Origin: the human T2T-CHM13v2.0 reference genome, Homo sapiens
Assembly (NCBI RefSeq): GCF_009914755.1
Contig: NC_060942.1
Length of the DNA: 64,000 nt
Direction: 5' to 3' (one strand)
A program made the translations under genes and the position numbers. Position 1 is the stretch's first letter. Every line of letters starts with the position of its first letter. Shown one piece after another: positions 14,978 through 30,465 of the stretch. Under the pieces are notes generated by a model. The model had not been told where the DNA came from. It worked only from the letters and a program-made list of their open reading frames with translations, and did not search any database.

Positions 14978-15696
14978 TGTATTAGTCTGTTCTCACACTG
15001 CTATAAAGAAATACCTGAGACTGGGTAATTTATAAAGGAAAGAGGTTTAATTGACTCAACAGTTCCACATGGCTGGTGATATAGTTTGGCTGTGTCCCCA
15101 CCCAAATCTCATCTTGAATTGGAGCTCCCATAATTCCCCATATTATGTGAGGGACCCAGTGAGAGGTAACTGAATCATGGGGGTGGGTCTTTCCCGTGCT
15201 GCTCTTGTAATAGTGAATAAGTCTCACGAGATCTGATGGTTTTATAAAGGGGAGTTCCCCTACACAAGCTCTCTCGCCTGATGCCATGTAAGATGTGTCT
15301 TGCTCCCCCTTCACCTTCTGCCATAATTGTGAGGCCTCCCCAGCCATGTAAAACTGTGAGTCAATTAAACCTCTTTTATAAATTACCCAGTCTCCGGTAT
15401 CTCTTTATTAGCCGCGTGAGATCAGACTAATACAGCTGGGGAGGCCTCAGGAAACTTACAATTATGGCAGAAGGGGAAGCAGGCACCTTCTTCACAAGGT
15501 GGCAGAAGAGAGTGTGAGTGTGTGAAAGTACAGGAAAAACTACCATTTATAAAACCATCAGATCCTGTGAGAATTCACTATCATGAGAACAGCATGGGAG
15601 AACCACCCCCATAATACAATTACTTCCTTCCCTCAACATGTAGGGATTACAATTCAAGATGAGATTTGGGTGGGGATGGAGACCCAAACCATATCA
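14978..15696 (-). mobile_element. MaLR LTR (MSTA-like) interrupted by a THE1 LTR
   Basis: Termini tgtattagtc...ccaaaccatatca; 5-bp TSD gtgct/gagct. Confidence 0.85.
15077..15434 (+). mobile_element. THE1 solo LTR nested in the opposite orientation
   Basis: Termini tgatatagtttggctgtgtcccc...gactaataca; perfect 5-bp TSD gctgg at 15072-15076 and 15435-15439. Confidence 0.9.
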
Positions 15697-15836
15697 GAGC
15701 TCATAACTTAAGTGGTGGTAATCAAATCTAAAGCACATTTTATAGCACACACACTCGCTATTCCAAGGTTCCTTTCATGAGTGTCCATGTCACTGTCTCC
15801 CCAGGACCCCCACAGGAGCCTTGCACAGGTATCTCA

Positions 15837-16245
<409 letters not shown>

Positions 16246-16254
16246 GGGTCCTTA

Positions 16255-16782
<528 letters not shown>

Positions 16783-19767
16783 TGAATAATGGATACATTT
16801 GGAAGTGCAGAGCAAAGGCCAGAGAGATATCCAAGCCAGAGAGATATCCAAGGCAGAACAAAGCTCATAATTTAACAAGAAAGGTAGGCATAGATAGGCC
16901 TAATTATGATGAATGCTCTCTTACCAGTATAAACAAATTACAAAGGGAGTGATGAGAAGAGGCAATGAAGTTTGGGGAGGGAAAGAAAAGTCTGTGGTGG
17001 AGGTGATAACCTGAACTTGGCTTTGAGGAATAAAGAGTTTTATATCAGGGCATCAAGAGAAGGATATTCAAGGTACTTAGGACCAGAACAGGCAAAGGCA
17101 CTGAAGCAAGAGAGTCTGGGGCAAGAATGTCTCTATTGGGTCAAGACTTTGACAATATTAAAGATTCCATTTTCTTCATATATGCCCCCCTGCTGTCTTT
17201 CCAATAAAGGTAAGCCCTGAAGCCTGACAGTCACAGGAAAGGAGAGGGTGTGTACTAGAGTAACAGCACAGTTGCTACTCAGCTGTGAATCTCAGAGCCT
17301 GCCTTTATTATCTTGATTATTCTTTGGCATCTCTAGGAAGATGATAAGTAGTCTTCAAAGTCAGACTTTACTGAGAATGAGAAGGGAGTTCTACATGCTA
17401 AGAGCTCCATTCACATACTAAAAGCAAAGCTTGGACAACTGAACATGAGTTTTACTCCTAACCATGGATAAGAGAAACTGAGAATACGATGTGAGAAGAG
17501 TCTCTTCATTAGGCAGGAGTGGAATGACTCCCAGGGCAGGGAGAGATTGATTGAGATTGCAATTGCCCTGTTGGGAAATAAACGGAAACTTCAGGATGGG
17601 TATGCGAGTCTTGGAGCAGCAGGGTTAGTCAACTACTTTCCTGGCATAGCCTGGGGAAGACTGCAAGCCACTCAAAAAAGTCCTACTCATGACTTAGAGG
17701 CTTACCCAGTATGGCACAGGAGCACTAGCTCAGCATTGGTGGAAGGAGGTGTCTAGTCAGTCTGAGAAAATGTTGGCTTCCCAAAGCTTGAGCAAGATGT
17801 TCAGTACATCCCAAAGTTCCAACATCATCCCTTCCCACCCACTCCAAAGCCCAGCAGATTAACAGTCCCATAGTTGGGACATGGAAGCTATTAAGGTAGA
17901 GACCTTGAGACCAAAGGCAATGACAGAGTTGTGGTCAGGAGCAGGGCATGACAGCAGTGAACAAAAGCCAGGGACCCACTTACATTACCCAGTAGACTCA
18001 GTGACATCCAGCAAAGATGGCAGGATGAGCACCAGCAGCAGGACCGTCAAGGACCTCAGCACATACATTAGAGAAACTCTTTCCTGTGTCACCTGGAGAT
18101 GACTGTTCTCACCCACTAGATGCCATCATGAGGAAGAAGCTAGGAAGAACCTTTGAAAAGCTGAGCATTTATCCAAAGAGATGGTTTTAAGCCTGAGATA
18201 GGCTATTTGAATCGAAAGAGAACGTTATCTTTGATTGGCAAGTTTAAGGCCATCCACCTCGTCCCACACCTTCCCAAAACCAGATGGGATGCATGAGAAA
18301 TTGATGTGAAATGAAGGAACTGTAACTTCTTTTCTGCATGATCTGAGTTTTAATGTGTGGGAGCTGGGAAGAGGGAAGAACATTGATAGAAAATCTGAAA
18401 GCCCACAGGGAATGTGGTCTAAAGCAGAGGTTTAAGTCCTGGCTGATAATCATTTTGGGTTTTCTGAAAATGCAGATCCCAGTGCTCCAATTCCAGACCT
18501 GCTAAAGCAGAATCTCACAATTGAGGCCAGGGAACCTACATTTTAGAAGCTCTCCTTCTGACTCCAATTTGGAAACCATTTATTTAACCACTAGTACAAA
18601 AACTGGCCTTGAATAAGACATCACTTCCTCCAAGTCTGAGTACAGCACGCAAGGGCAACTGCAGCAAATGGAGGGGTGATTTAGTAAGGAGGGGGTGAAA
18701 CCGAAAATCAACAAGGTTTGTGTGAACTGGTCTCGACACACTTGGCTGTGAATAGCAGGGATAGAAAGTAGTTATGGGGCTTGCAAGGACATTGTCTTAA
18801 TTTTCCTGTTGTCTTAACAGAGGATTTACTGAGCCCATGTATGCTGTAGGAAAAAGCTAGTGGTGCCAGAGTTTAAGTTTTCAGAGGAGGAATAATTGAC
18901 CTATGTATGAGTTCTAGAGAAGCCTTGCAGACTTACCCAGGGCTCAGAGCACATGGCTTAGTCCTGACATAAAATACCATTTTTCCTCTACCACTTGGCT
19001 AAGAAGCTGAGGAGGAACTGGCAGTGAGGGAGGAGGTTGAGAATGAAAGTTCTGGAGAGTCACCTAAGAGACGGTAAACACATACCTCATGTCTTGGCTT
19101 CTAGAGCCCGGAGATAAGATCAGCTTCCCTTGAAAATGTTAGCTCCCATGCCACATTTAGTCAAGACAACAATAACAAAAGGCTTTCTTCAGGGAGGGCA
19201 GTGGAAGTGAGTTTGAGATAAAAAGGAATTTATTTATTTGCACCTATGTATTGTTCAGAAGTTTTAGGTCTTATGAAAAAAAGATTTTTATAAATTATAC
19301 ACAATTGGGTAGCTTTAAAAAATACCAAAATATACAGTGGTCACCCTAAAACTAACATTTTTGGATAATACACTTATAAATTGGAAAATGAGAAAAGATA
19401 GTCTGGTATAACTGCCTGAACAACTTATTAAGAACATTAACAAGTAATAACACATATTTTAATGTAATATTGCTGACTAATTTGGCACATTTAATACACG
19501 TCCAATATATTTTCTATGTACTGTGAAAGCTTTTGGGAAAATAAAGCAGCTTGTGTTACAAAAACTGCAACCTTTCACAAAGGTTACCCACAAAATACTT
19601 TTGCCTAGCCACTGCCTGTCCAACTTCAGAGTGGCACCACCCTTGCTATTGATCTTTGTAACCAACGACAATTATTTCAAAACAATTATACAACCCTCAT
19701 TTTTCTTTAAAATCTTTGTCTTCCTTTACTTCCCTGAATACACACGTAGTTTACCATGACATGGGTC

Positions 19768-20063
19768 TTTTTTTTTTTTTTTTGGAGACGTAGTTTTGCA
19801 CTGTCGCCCAGGCTGGAGTGCAGTGGCACATCTAGGCTCACTGCAACCTCCACTTCTCAGGTTCAAGCCAATCTTCTGCCTCAGCCTCCCAAGTAGCGGG
19901 ATCATAGGCACCCACCAATACACCCATCTAATTTTTTGTATTTTTAGTAGAGAGGGGGTTTCACTATGTTGGCCAGGCTGGTCTCAAACTCCTGACCTCG
20001 TGATCGGCCCACCTCAGCCTCCCAAAGTGCTGGGATTACAGGCATAAGCCACCGCGCACGGCC
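19768..20063 (-). mobile_element. AluS within the ERV 5' LTR
   Basis: TSD ccatgacatg on both sides. Confidence 0.92.
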
Positions 20064-20433
20064 CATGACATGCGTATTTCTACAGCAATGCTGTATTCCC
20101 AAATAGAGTTTTCTTTTAGAGAGCCTCTCTCTGTGTTGACATAAATGGTGTTCAGCAGTAGAACCTGAAGTAGGACACATTTCAGAGAGAAGTGGTGATC
20201 TCAGAATCAGTATGCAGTACTCACAGGAGCCCTTTGGGCTCTCCGCTTACATAGCTTGTCTGTTCTGCCCCAGTGAGTCTTTTCTCAGGCAGAGCCTCCC
20301 ACTTTTGGCAGAGGCTTTTTGACTTGACTTTGGATTTGTCTTGGTTCTAAGACCACTTTAATAAAGGACTTTACATCCCTCCTGGGATGACAAAAGACTT
20401 TTTGTCTTTCCTGGCAAGTCCTTTTTGATATAA

Positions 20434-20637
<204 letters not shown>

Positions 20638-22528
20638 TAAATTTACTTTGGGTTCTTCTGTGTTTATATTATTTTTTAATCTGCATGACTGGGTTAACAC
20701 TTTTGGGAACACTGATTTTGGTTTCGTTTCGATATGGTTACATGCATCTGTAAATGATTTGGCTCTTTTCCCCTGTTTCTGAACATCTCCCAAGAGCAAA
20801 AATAAACATTCTAAATTTTGGGCACAGGATGGCTCTTTTAAAGCCACTAGGGCAATCGCCACCAGTTAAAACACTGGTCCAAACACCTGACTTATCTGTC
20901 AGGATTTACAGAATTTTCTTTGCTCTTAAGAGATTGAGAAGAAACAAAATGGAAATTCTCAAACATTAAGGCATGCCTGCTTTTCTGGGACTTCAGGTCA
21001 GCTATGTGGCTTTTCCTCATGCATGTTTTTGGATCAATGACCATCATAGAGATTGTCTATGCTTTGTCTAAACTCCCCAAGCTTTTTTATTCTTAGTACC
21101 AAGAGACTGCAGCTATAGAGTTGATATGTAGAGTCTTCTAAGCTCTCTAATTTTTTTTCTGCCTACTTTAAATCTGCTGTTTCTGCCAGTGTTGAGATGA
21201 AACTCACTCCTTACGGCATTCCAGCCAAGAACAAAAAGAAAAAAAAAGGTCTTAAAGGGCCTTAAATTAATGGCTTTATAAATTATAATAGTTCCCTGGC
21301 AACCAACACCTAGAATTAAGAAGTATCCCTTTTAATGTAAATTTAGGTTTGCCTAATAACTGCTTAGGGTGATGGAACAGTTAATTAAAGGATTAATAGC
21401 CTAAAAGAACTAGATAAATACGTATAAAAATTAGGCTCTCAAACAGGTCAAAATCTTGAGCTCAGGGCAATAATATAAGGTATCTCTGGTATAGCATAAA
21501 AATTGCTTGCCTGCTATGCAAAGGCTAAAAGAACAAAACAAAAACCCCTCATCCACAACTGCTAAAATGCTTCCCTGCCTGCACTGACTAGTCAAAAAAA
21601 CCAGAATGGCAAACAAAAGATTTGTTACTAAAAATTCAAGGCCACCTGGAGATTGTTTTTTCTTATACAATTCAGCCAGTCCTAGCTAAAAATGTAAGCA
21701 TTTAAATATTAACATTAAACTCATTTGAAACTGAAAAAAGGGAAAAAAGGGGTTGGGGAGGTGGGGTAAGAGGTTTTTTAAAAATCCAAACTGCTATTTA
21801 CCAAAACTTTTGGTTCACAGCTTTCATAAGATTACCTATTCTGCATGTTTACCCAGCTGAGCAGGTCCCACTTTCTCAGAAATATAATTTGAATCCAATA
21901 ACTGTCTTTTATAAACCAGCAAGCCTGTATTACTATCGTATGACTAAAATTCTAAAATGAAAGCTATGTTTGTGTATGTGTATGTTTAGGTGTGTTTACA
22001 CATATGTATATATATGTTGTATGTTGTGTCTACGTGGTAAAATCTGGCAGTTGGCCACAAATCCCTTAAGGAATTCTATTCATCAAATAAATGAGTGCTA
22101 ATACAAAATATATAGTAATTAACACAAGTGCCTTTTAGTTAATATAACTTAAACATCTGATAAGCTGGTTTTAAAATAATTGGTAAATCAAAAATAAGTG
22201 TCTTTAAAATTTTTGCCTGAATTTACTACTCAGTTTTATATTTGTCTCTGTTAGACTTTTTAAGGTCATAAAACTATAAACTCAACTTAAAAACAGAATG
22301 ATCTTTGTATAACTGTAAGTTGAACTAATTTTGTATTATTGACTTCAGCTGTGTCCTCTGAGTTACTGGCAAAATACCTACATATTTCATTTTTATGGTT
22401 CTTAATTGAACACATGATACTCACAGGTAATAAAAATGGTTAACAGGAAAATAACTTGAAATGACTAGCTATGTCTAATATCTCAGTTTTTATAAGTAAT
22501 CTAGGAATAATTGTTAAAAATGAATTGG

Positions 22529-23052
<524 letters not shown>

Positions 23053-23895
23053 TTAATGAACTTTTCATGTAATTTGAAATCTTATAAATTAATCTTCAGT
23101 AAATGTCTGGATCATTTCCAAAAAAAAACAATAAACTGCTGAAAATATTAGTTTGTTCTTGGCTTCCTAAATTATAGAAAGACTAAATATATTTGGGCCT
23201 ATTAATATACAAAGTTATAAGGAAACATGTTTCTAAAAATTATAATATGGTTCTCATTTATAAAATGCTGATATAACACTTCAAAATTTTGCTTCCTAGG
23301 TTTTCACTAAAAATTAAGGTTAATAAGTTAAAATTTGAAAATACACAATTCCATATACAAAGTGTACCCAAAAAAAGATGTTTTGATGAGAAAAGTTATA
23401 AGGCATAAAAATTGCTTTTTATTGGGAAAAAAGTTGTTTAAATTCAGAGTTTATTAGAGGTTGTTTCAAATATGGAAACAAGACAGAAAGGAACCACTAA
23501 GTAGGAGGAGGAGAGAAATATGAAGGAAGTTAATGGGTGTGAGAATGTACCTTTGGTAAGGAAGGTTACAAAATTAACAGAATAATTCTGTATGAGTCTT
23601 GCATAGTAACTTTTTATCCTAAAGCAGGATGACCAGTTGTTTAAGGGGAAGTATAAAACAAAGCAGAAAGTTTAAGCATGTCACTGAAGGTCTGTGCAGA
23701 TCATGAAATGTTCATGAAGGATACATTTATGAAAGGAGTTGTGTGTAATGAAGTTGGCAATAGGTCAGAATGAAATCATAAGACATTGAGCTTACATATA
23801 TACTTGTACATATGTATATGTACAATAATACAGTATATTCTATACATATGCTATATATTTGTATATACACGATAGTGTAAATGCTATACATGCAC

Positions 23896-23898
<3 letters not shown>

Positions 23899-23950
<52 letters not shown>
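23899..23950. repeat. (CA)n microsatellite, ~26 units
   Basis: Perfect dinucleotide run. Confidence 0.97.
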
Positions 23951-23955
<5 letters not shown>

Positions 23956-25659
23956 TTGGTCCCCAATGTTAGAACAAGGTTCTTTTTAAGGATCTGGTCT
24001 TAATAAAATTGAAAGAGGTTTTAATTTTTAATTCTAAAATCAGCCATCTTCTAAACCACAGTTTAAATTTCTGCCATATTTCCTTCTGAGATCCGTTTAA
24101 TTTCCCCTAGATTCAGGTTAGAAAGGCTGTCTTTTTTCATTTAAGATGGTCATTTCATTTCTTGAGGTAGAGTTTTCTTCTTGAAGATCCTGATTTATAT
24201 CTCACAAGTTCAACCTTTGCTGTATCTTGCTGCACCTTATTTGTAGGTCACACATCATTGCCTTTAGCTCTTTCTCCCCTTAAGAAGGTACATCTTTTTG
24301 TTTGGCAGGGGTGATAACTCTTAACTTTTTCATTAGCTCCTGTAACTTTTTTCCTCTGGTTCTAACTCTTGCTGTTATAACTTGATACTGAAATGTTCTG
24401 TAGAAGGCCTAGAAAAGCAATGTTTTCCTCCAGTATAACTTGATTCTGAATTCTTGGCTCTTCTCATGTTTGAATTGTTCCACGCAAGCAGGAAATTTCT
24501 CGTAATTTTTCCAAGAGCCATGTATTCTGTTCAACATACTAGCTTTCTTATTTACATTCCTCTATAAGGCGTACACTCATAACCTTGGAAATACTCTTCC
24601 TGTGTCTGATTAAATTCAAGTACCTTTTCATCAGATTCAACTTTCAGTATATCCAAATAGGCTTCCCATAAGTAAAGGCAGTCACACTGCAAGAGATTTT
24701 TCTTTACCATTTTGGCAACTGGCCTAAGAAAAATTTTATGTTCTATCAAGATAAATTCTTGTGTTTAAGTTTTTTTTTTGCTTGGGAAAAATGAAGCTTT
24801 GAAAAGATGGTTTTTAAATGTATGTAACTTTCTGCATTGCTTCTTAAGTCTTTTGATTATCATTCTTGTTAAATATTTTATAGTGACCTGTGATCCTGTT
24901 TCGAACTTTTGACATCTTTGACAGGCTTCTCTAGGCTCAAGTTCTAAATTAAGTGTTTTTGACTTAAAATTACCTTTGAGTTTTCCACTTGGGCCTCTGG
25001 AAAGCCTCAGAGCATGTGTATGCCATCTGGTAGAGATGTTAGCTAATTAGGCTTCTTTGATGTATTAAATTGTATGAAAAGCATTGTCTAATGATGTAAT
25101 ACTAGACACAGTTACATTTATGAGTATGTTATTGATATGAGTGTTCCAAAATTGTACGATGCCGTTAGAAATATGTCATCAGTCATAATTCTGATTATGC
25201 TGTTTGCCACAAAAATAACCAAAACTCTTTGTCTATTTCTGGTTATGGTAAACTCTCATCAGATTTTTAATCATGGTTATTCTAAGTTTTTGTAATTCCC
25301 AGTTATTGCTTTTTCTCTAAAAGCATTTGCAATCAGATTCATGGAAAAGATGCTAACACACTTTTAAATACAGGTTACTAATCACTTTAATACCAATGGA
25401 CTAAATATTTTTTCAGAACTTCAAGAAACTGATGAGTCCATGTAACTACTAATTAAGATCAACCACAACAAAAAAAGTTACATGAGACTAAGTAACTGAA
25501 GATGTGTCTGTGACTTTTATTTGAAGCATTATTGTTTTTTTACTTAAATGTTTTGTTTTCCATATTTAAAGAAATTCTCTCATGCTATCTATAGTTTACA
25601 GCAATTTGGAATACTTTTGTGAACAAAGGTAGAAATATTTGCTTTTCCTTTCTTCTTGA

Positions 25660-26015
<356 letters not shown>

Positions 26016-28243
26016 TAAGGCAATATGATTTGCTTAAGTTCAATAAAAATCGGCTCTCGTTATAACAGGATACAATTGGAAACACTGGTTGTATTACCAA
26101 GGCTTTGATTAAAATGTCATATTTGAGAATGTGTAGAATGCCTGGCTTCAATGGTTCTCAGCATTACACTGAATTAAAAATTATCATTTCCTGGCAGGCC
26201 CAGGAACCTTAAAACTATAGGTAAAATCTAAAGTCTACCTTGACTTAGCTTCTTAGCCTCAAGGAGGTTTTTAAATCTGAGATTACTGTGACCATACTAC
26301 TATTCTTGCAGACAAAATCTGATAAAGTTTACAAATCTGTTTTATTCTGAACATCTTTGGTAAAAATCAGGGTAACTTTAAGTTTCTGAAGAAAGCTATA
26401 TGTACCTGTTATTAGATCACAGCTCTGTACCGTTTTGAAACTCCTGTTATCCACCTGCAGACTGGATTTGCTCCTGAATCCTCCTAATTTCCTTCAATAT
26501 TTGGCTATGACTCTCTAAGAAAAAAAACTACTCCCATGCTCTGAGGCCTATAAGCTAAGATGTGATTAATTTTTAAAGGAGCAAGTCTCATGCTGATGTA
26601 TGGGTCACACAAAAGTTCACCATACCAACCAATGCCATAGCTAGAGACATTCAAACTGCAAACCAGGACAAAAAGTTGATGATTTCAGGCTGTAGACATT
26701 TTTCCTAAGACATCAGAGCAAGAATTGTATTACAATTTGATTTATTCAATTGGTTGCCTGTAAGCCTAGGTTCAGGGCTCAAAACCATTATGCAAACTGG
26801 GATTGTCACATTACTATTAATTTTGTGTATTTCCTTTTTAAACTTTGTATCTGTTATTTGCCAAATTTTCTGCAGAAAGAAGTACAATTCCTAACAGAAT
26901 AATGCTAGCCCAGCACTTTGAGGGGACAACAAAGGACTAAGGAAAAAAAATTGGACTTAATAATAGACTCCAGGTGGACTTAGCCTAAGTGCCACTCCCT
27001 TAAAGCCTCCCTGCCCTCAAAGGTGGCTAAAAGGGTTCTAACACTGACTTTTAGTTGCCAATCACTCCTGCCAATGCAGGATGCAGGACCAGACCAATAA
27101 CCCGGGAAAGGTCTATTCTGTCACCAAGGGACAATCAAAGCCTAACTACAAGATGATTCATCATAGATACTTTCGGAAAAACATCTTCATCAAGAGAGGG
27201 AAAGGTGAAAGCTGTCAGAATCAAGAGTCATGTTTCCAAAAGCCCTGACAAATGGAGCCAGGGAAGTCCATGAAGAGAGGGATTTTACGCACTACCTCAA
27301 AGACCCAGAAGAAACCACGCCAGCTTGCACAAACACTATTCGCAACCTTACACAGAAAATACTTTTGGGACATCTGCCTAGAAGCCGATTGTCCAAACCC
27401 GAACTGGCAGCATCCTTGTTATTAATCCTTGTAGCCAAGAATAATTATTTCAAGACAATTATATAATCTTTATCTGTCCTTTAAAAACCTGTCTTCCTTT
27501 ACCTTCCTGAATACACACAGTTTACTATGGCATGCATATTGCCTTCACAATGCCCTATTCCCAAATAAACATCATTTTCTTTTAGAAAGCCTCTGTTATT
27601 TAGGTTGACAGTTATTACACCTGAAAACTAAATTCTAGCTGATCAATAAAATTCTTTGGTTCTACTGTATACTTTTATTTGGGGATATCTGCTTCCAAAC
27701 ACACTAAAGTACAGTATACTCAATTTTAAATATAGACAGTATATTTAAAAAAAACATAAAAAGTATGTCGAACATTTTTAATTTCAAACACCAAACTTAA
27801 ATAGACTAATAACACAGATCTTCTGTGGTCCACAAATCATGGCAAAAAACTTTGTTTTCATATGCCCATTATGGCTTGCTGACTGGCTTACTGCATTTTA
27901 GATTTTCCTTATGATTTTAGTAGCTTTCTCTAATGGAATGTGCTGTGAGTGAAGCTTCAAACATTTTCCATTGAATATACACAGACATACAAATAAAGAC
28001 TGGAAAAAATATACACCAGTCGTTTTCTCTGGTTGTTGGAATCTGGGTGATTTTTTAAAGTCCCATCCACTGGGCTGCCAGTAAAAGACCACAAAATATT
28101 TTTGTGTATTTACAGGAACGTGATAATCAAAAGTTGTTGTGGGACCATTCAAGATGAGCGTGGGGAAGGGAAGCCCATTTAAACATATATTCAAGGAAAA
28201 ATATATTAAGTTACCTGAACATTTGGGTAGAAATACTGAGCAC

Positions 28244-28653
28244 TGCTATGGTCTGTCTCCCAAACTGTCCCTCAAATGTATGATGAGATTTTATCTTCAT
28301 TGTGGTGGTGTTGAGAGCTGGGGCCTAGTGGGAGATGTTTGGTTCACTGAGGCAGATGCTTCATGAATGGCTTGGTGCTGCTCTTGCAATGAGTTCTCAC
28401 TCTCTCAAGACTAGATTAGTCCCCAGGAGTGGGTTGTTAAAAAGAGACTTGTTTGGTTGTTGTGAACAAGTGGGTTGTTTGCACGTCTGCTTCCCCTCTG
28501 ACCTTCTCCATCAAGCTATGAAGCAGCAGCAAAGCCCTTGCCAAAAGCCAGGGCCATGCCCTTGAACTTCCCAGCCTGTAGAACTGTGAGCATCCTTCAT
28601 AAGTGACCCTGCCTCAGCTATCCTGTTATAGTAACACAAAACAGACTAAGACA
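28244..28653 (+). mobile_element. MaLR solo LTR (MSTB/C/D-like)
   Basis: Termini tgctatgg...cagactaagaca; TSD agcac/ggcac. Confidence 0.8.
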
Positions 28654-29316
28654 GGCACACAAAAGCTGAGGACTGCTGTCGACTCCACTTTCAAGGGCTA
28701 CCAAGCACAGCCACATCACCAAAGAGAACAATTCCTGACCTCCTTGGAAGCAGAAACTTGACTCTCCGGGCAAGATAACTGTTGTCTTTTTAAAATTTCA
28801 GTGTCAAAGTTAAAACATGCCTTGATCAGTCAACCAAATTACTGCTAAACCAGTATTGGGAAGCTTCCTAAAGCACTCCAAGCTCCTAAAAACAGGCAGC
28901 ATGAAGTAAAGCAGATAGCATCTTTGCATTTAAGAAGTCCCAGAAAGGTTTTGGAAATGGCATTAATGTAAATGTTCACATTAAGAGAAAACGGTTTCCC
29001 TGAATTGAGTGATTCTTTCTACTTTCTAGTGCTGTACAGGATAGGCTCAGCGTTTGGAGAGTGTTAACTTCCAGTCATGTGATAATGGCCAGGAGCAACC
29101 ACAATGATTAACCTTTAGATAGAAAACACAATCCTTTGCTTTTGTCTTCCTTATGTATGTTAGATTAGGCTTCTACTCAATGCTCTGTAAGTTAAAACAT
29201 TTCAAACCAAATAGGCCACTCTATTAAGTCCCAGCTTGAGCATTCTTCAGCTTCTCCACATTTTCCATTGTTTGCTGGCAAACCAGTACAGTAACCTGTT
29301 AAATACAAAGCAAGGG

Positions 29317-29720
29317 TGTGGTAGATTGACTGCATTTAAGGCTCCAATTCTTCACCCCTCCTATGTTCTCTCCCTTGGTCTAATAACTCTGTAGTGCCTT
29401 TCCACACTGGGTTTAGCCATGTGGCTTGTTTCTGGTGAATGCTAGTTAGCATGAAGCATGCAGACATGAAAGGGAGTTATGGGATTGGGCTTGGCTGTTG
29501 TTGCCTTCTACAACCTCCACAAAAACATGCTTGTTTAATGGAGGATAGGAGGCATGTGGAAAAATGCCAAGTCCTTCCAGGTGAGGCCAACTCCCTCATG
29601 AACGAGGAAAGACTACAACTGCTCCAGAGACATCTAGCCGAAATCACTTATCTAATTCATAAACTGTTTATTGCTGCACACCACTGGGTTTTTGTGGTTG
29701 CTACGAGTTACTTTTGCGGC
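29317..29720 (+). mobile_element. Old MLT1-type LTR
   Basis: Start tgtggtagattg...ccaattcttcacccctcc; ...ccactgggtttttgtggttg near the end. Confidence 0.6.
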
Positions 29721-30465
29721 AATAATTGCTCCAATATGTTCTATGTGACATTTCTGAGTTTAACATCACATTTACAAACTTTCTTAGAGAAAGATTTGTT
29801 ATTAGCAAAGACCTTCAGAGTAACCTTTGCCTGGTATTCTAGACTGTGCAGATTTAGCCATCTAATACTGAGTACCCACTTCAGGCTGAATGATCTCTCA
29901 AGTGCTCTCATTTAGTTCTCATAACCACCCTAAAAACTAACTTCCTCATTTTAGGGAACTGGAGGAAATGAAGAACTTTAAGGTAGACTGATGAAAAGAT
30001 TTATCTAAAGTCACATAAATTGGCACAATCAGGGTCCAAACCCCAGGCCTCCGATTCTGAGTCAAACTGCATTTTCCATTACATCGGAAATGACCAAGGA
30101 TTAAAATTAGCAGAATGTTATTCTGTCCAGCCATTAAAATCCAAAAAAAAAATTTGTTCAAAGTAGGCAATTGAGTTTTCATTCTATTATCCAAGGTAAC
30201 TGAAGTATTTGACTGTACAGGACTGCTTCCTTCAAGTGTTCCATCCTTAGCATTCTTGTTAAAAATGGCCTTTAAGATATTGCTATTCCCAGTCAAGAAA
30301 TACCCAGACAACTAAAGAGACTAAAATCATGTAAATCATCCATTTCCCAGTTGAATCTTAAAAAAAAATTTATGCTCAATACCTCTCTCCAGCCAATCAC
30401 TATGTAAATTGTGAATTAAGACATTATTACTTGGTGGCAATAACGGTTAGAAAAAAAGCACATCC

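Noticed and set aside
29439-29915. 158-aa ORF, the longest outside the SVA
   Set aside because: It runs through an MLT1 LTR and MIR-like sequence, with no recognisable domain or splice context.
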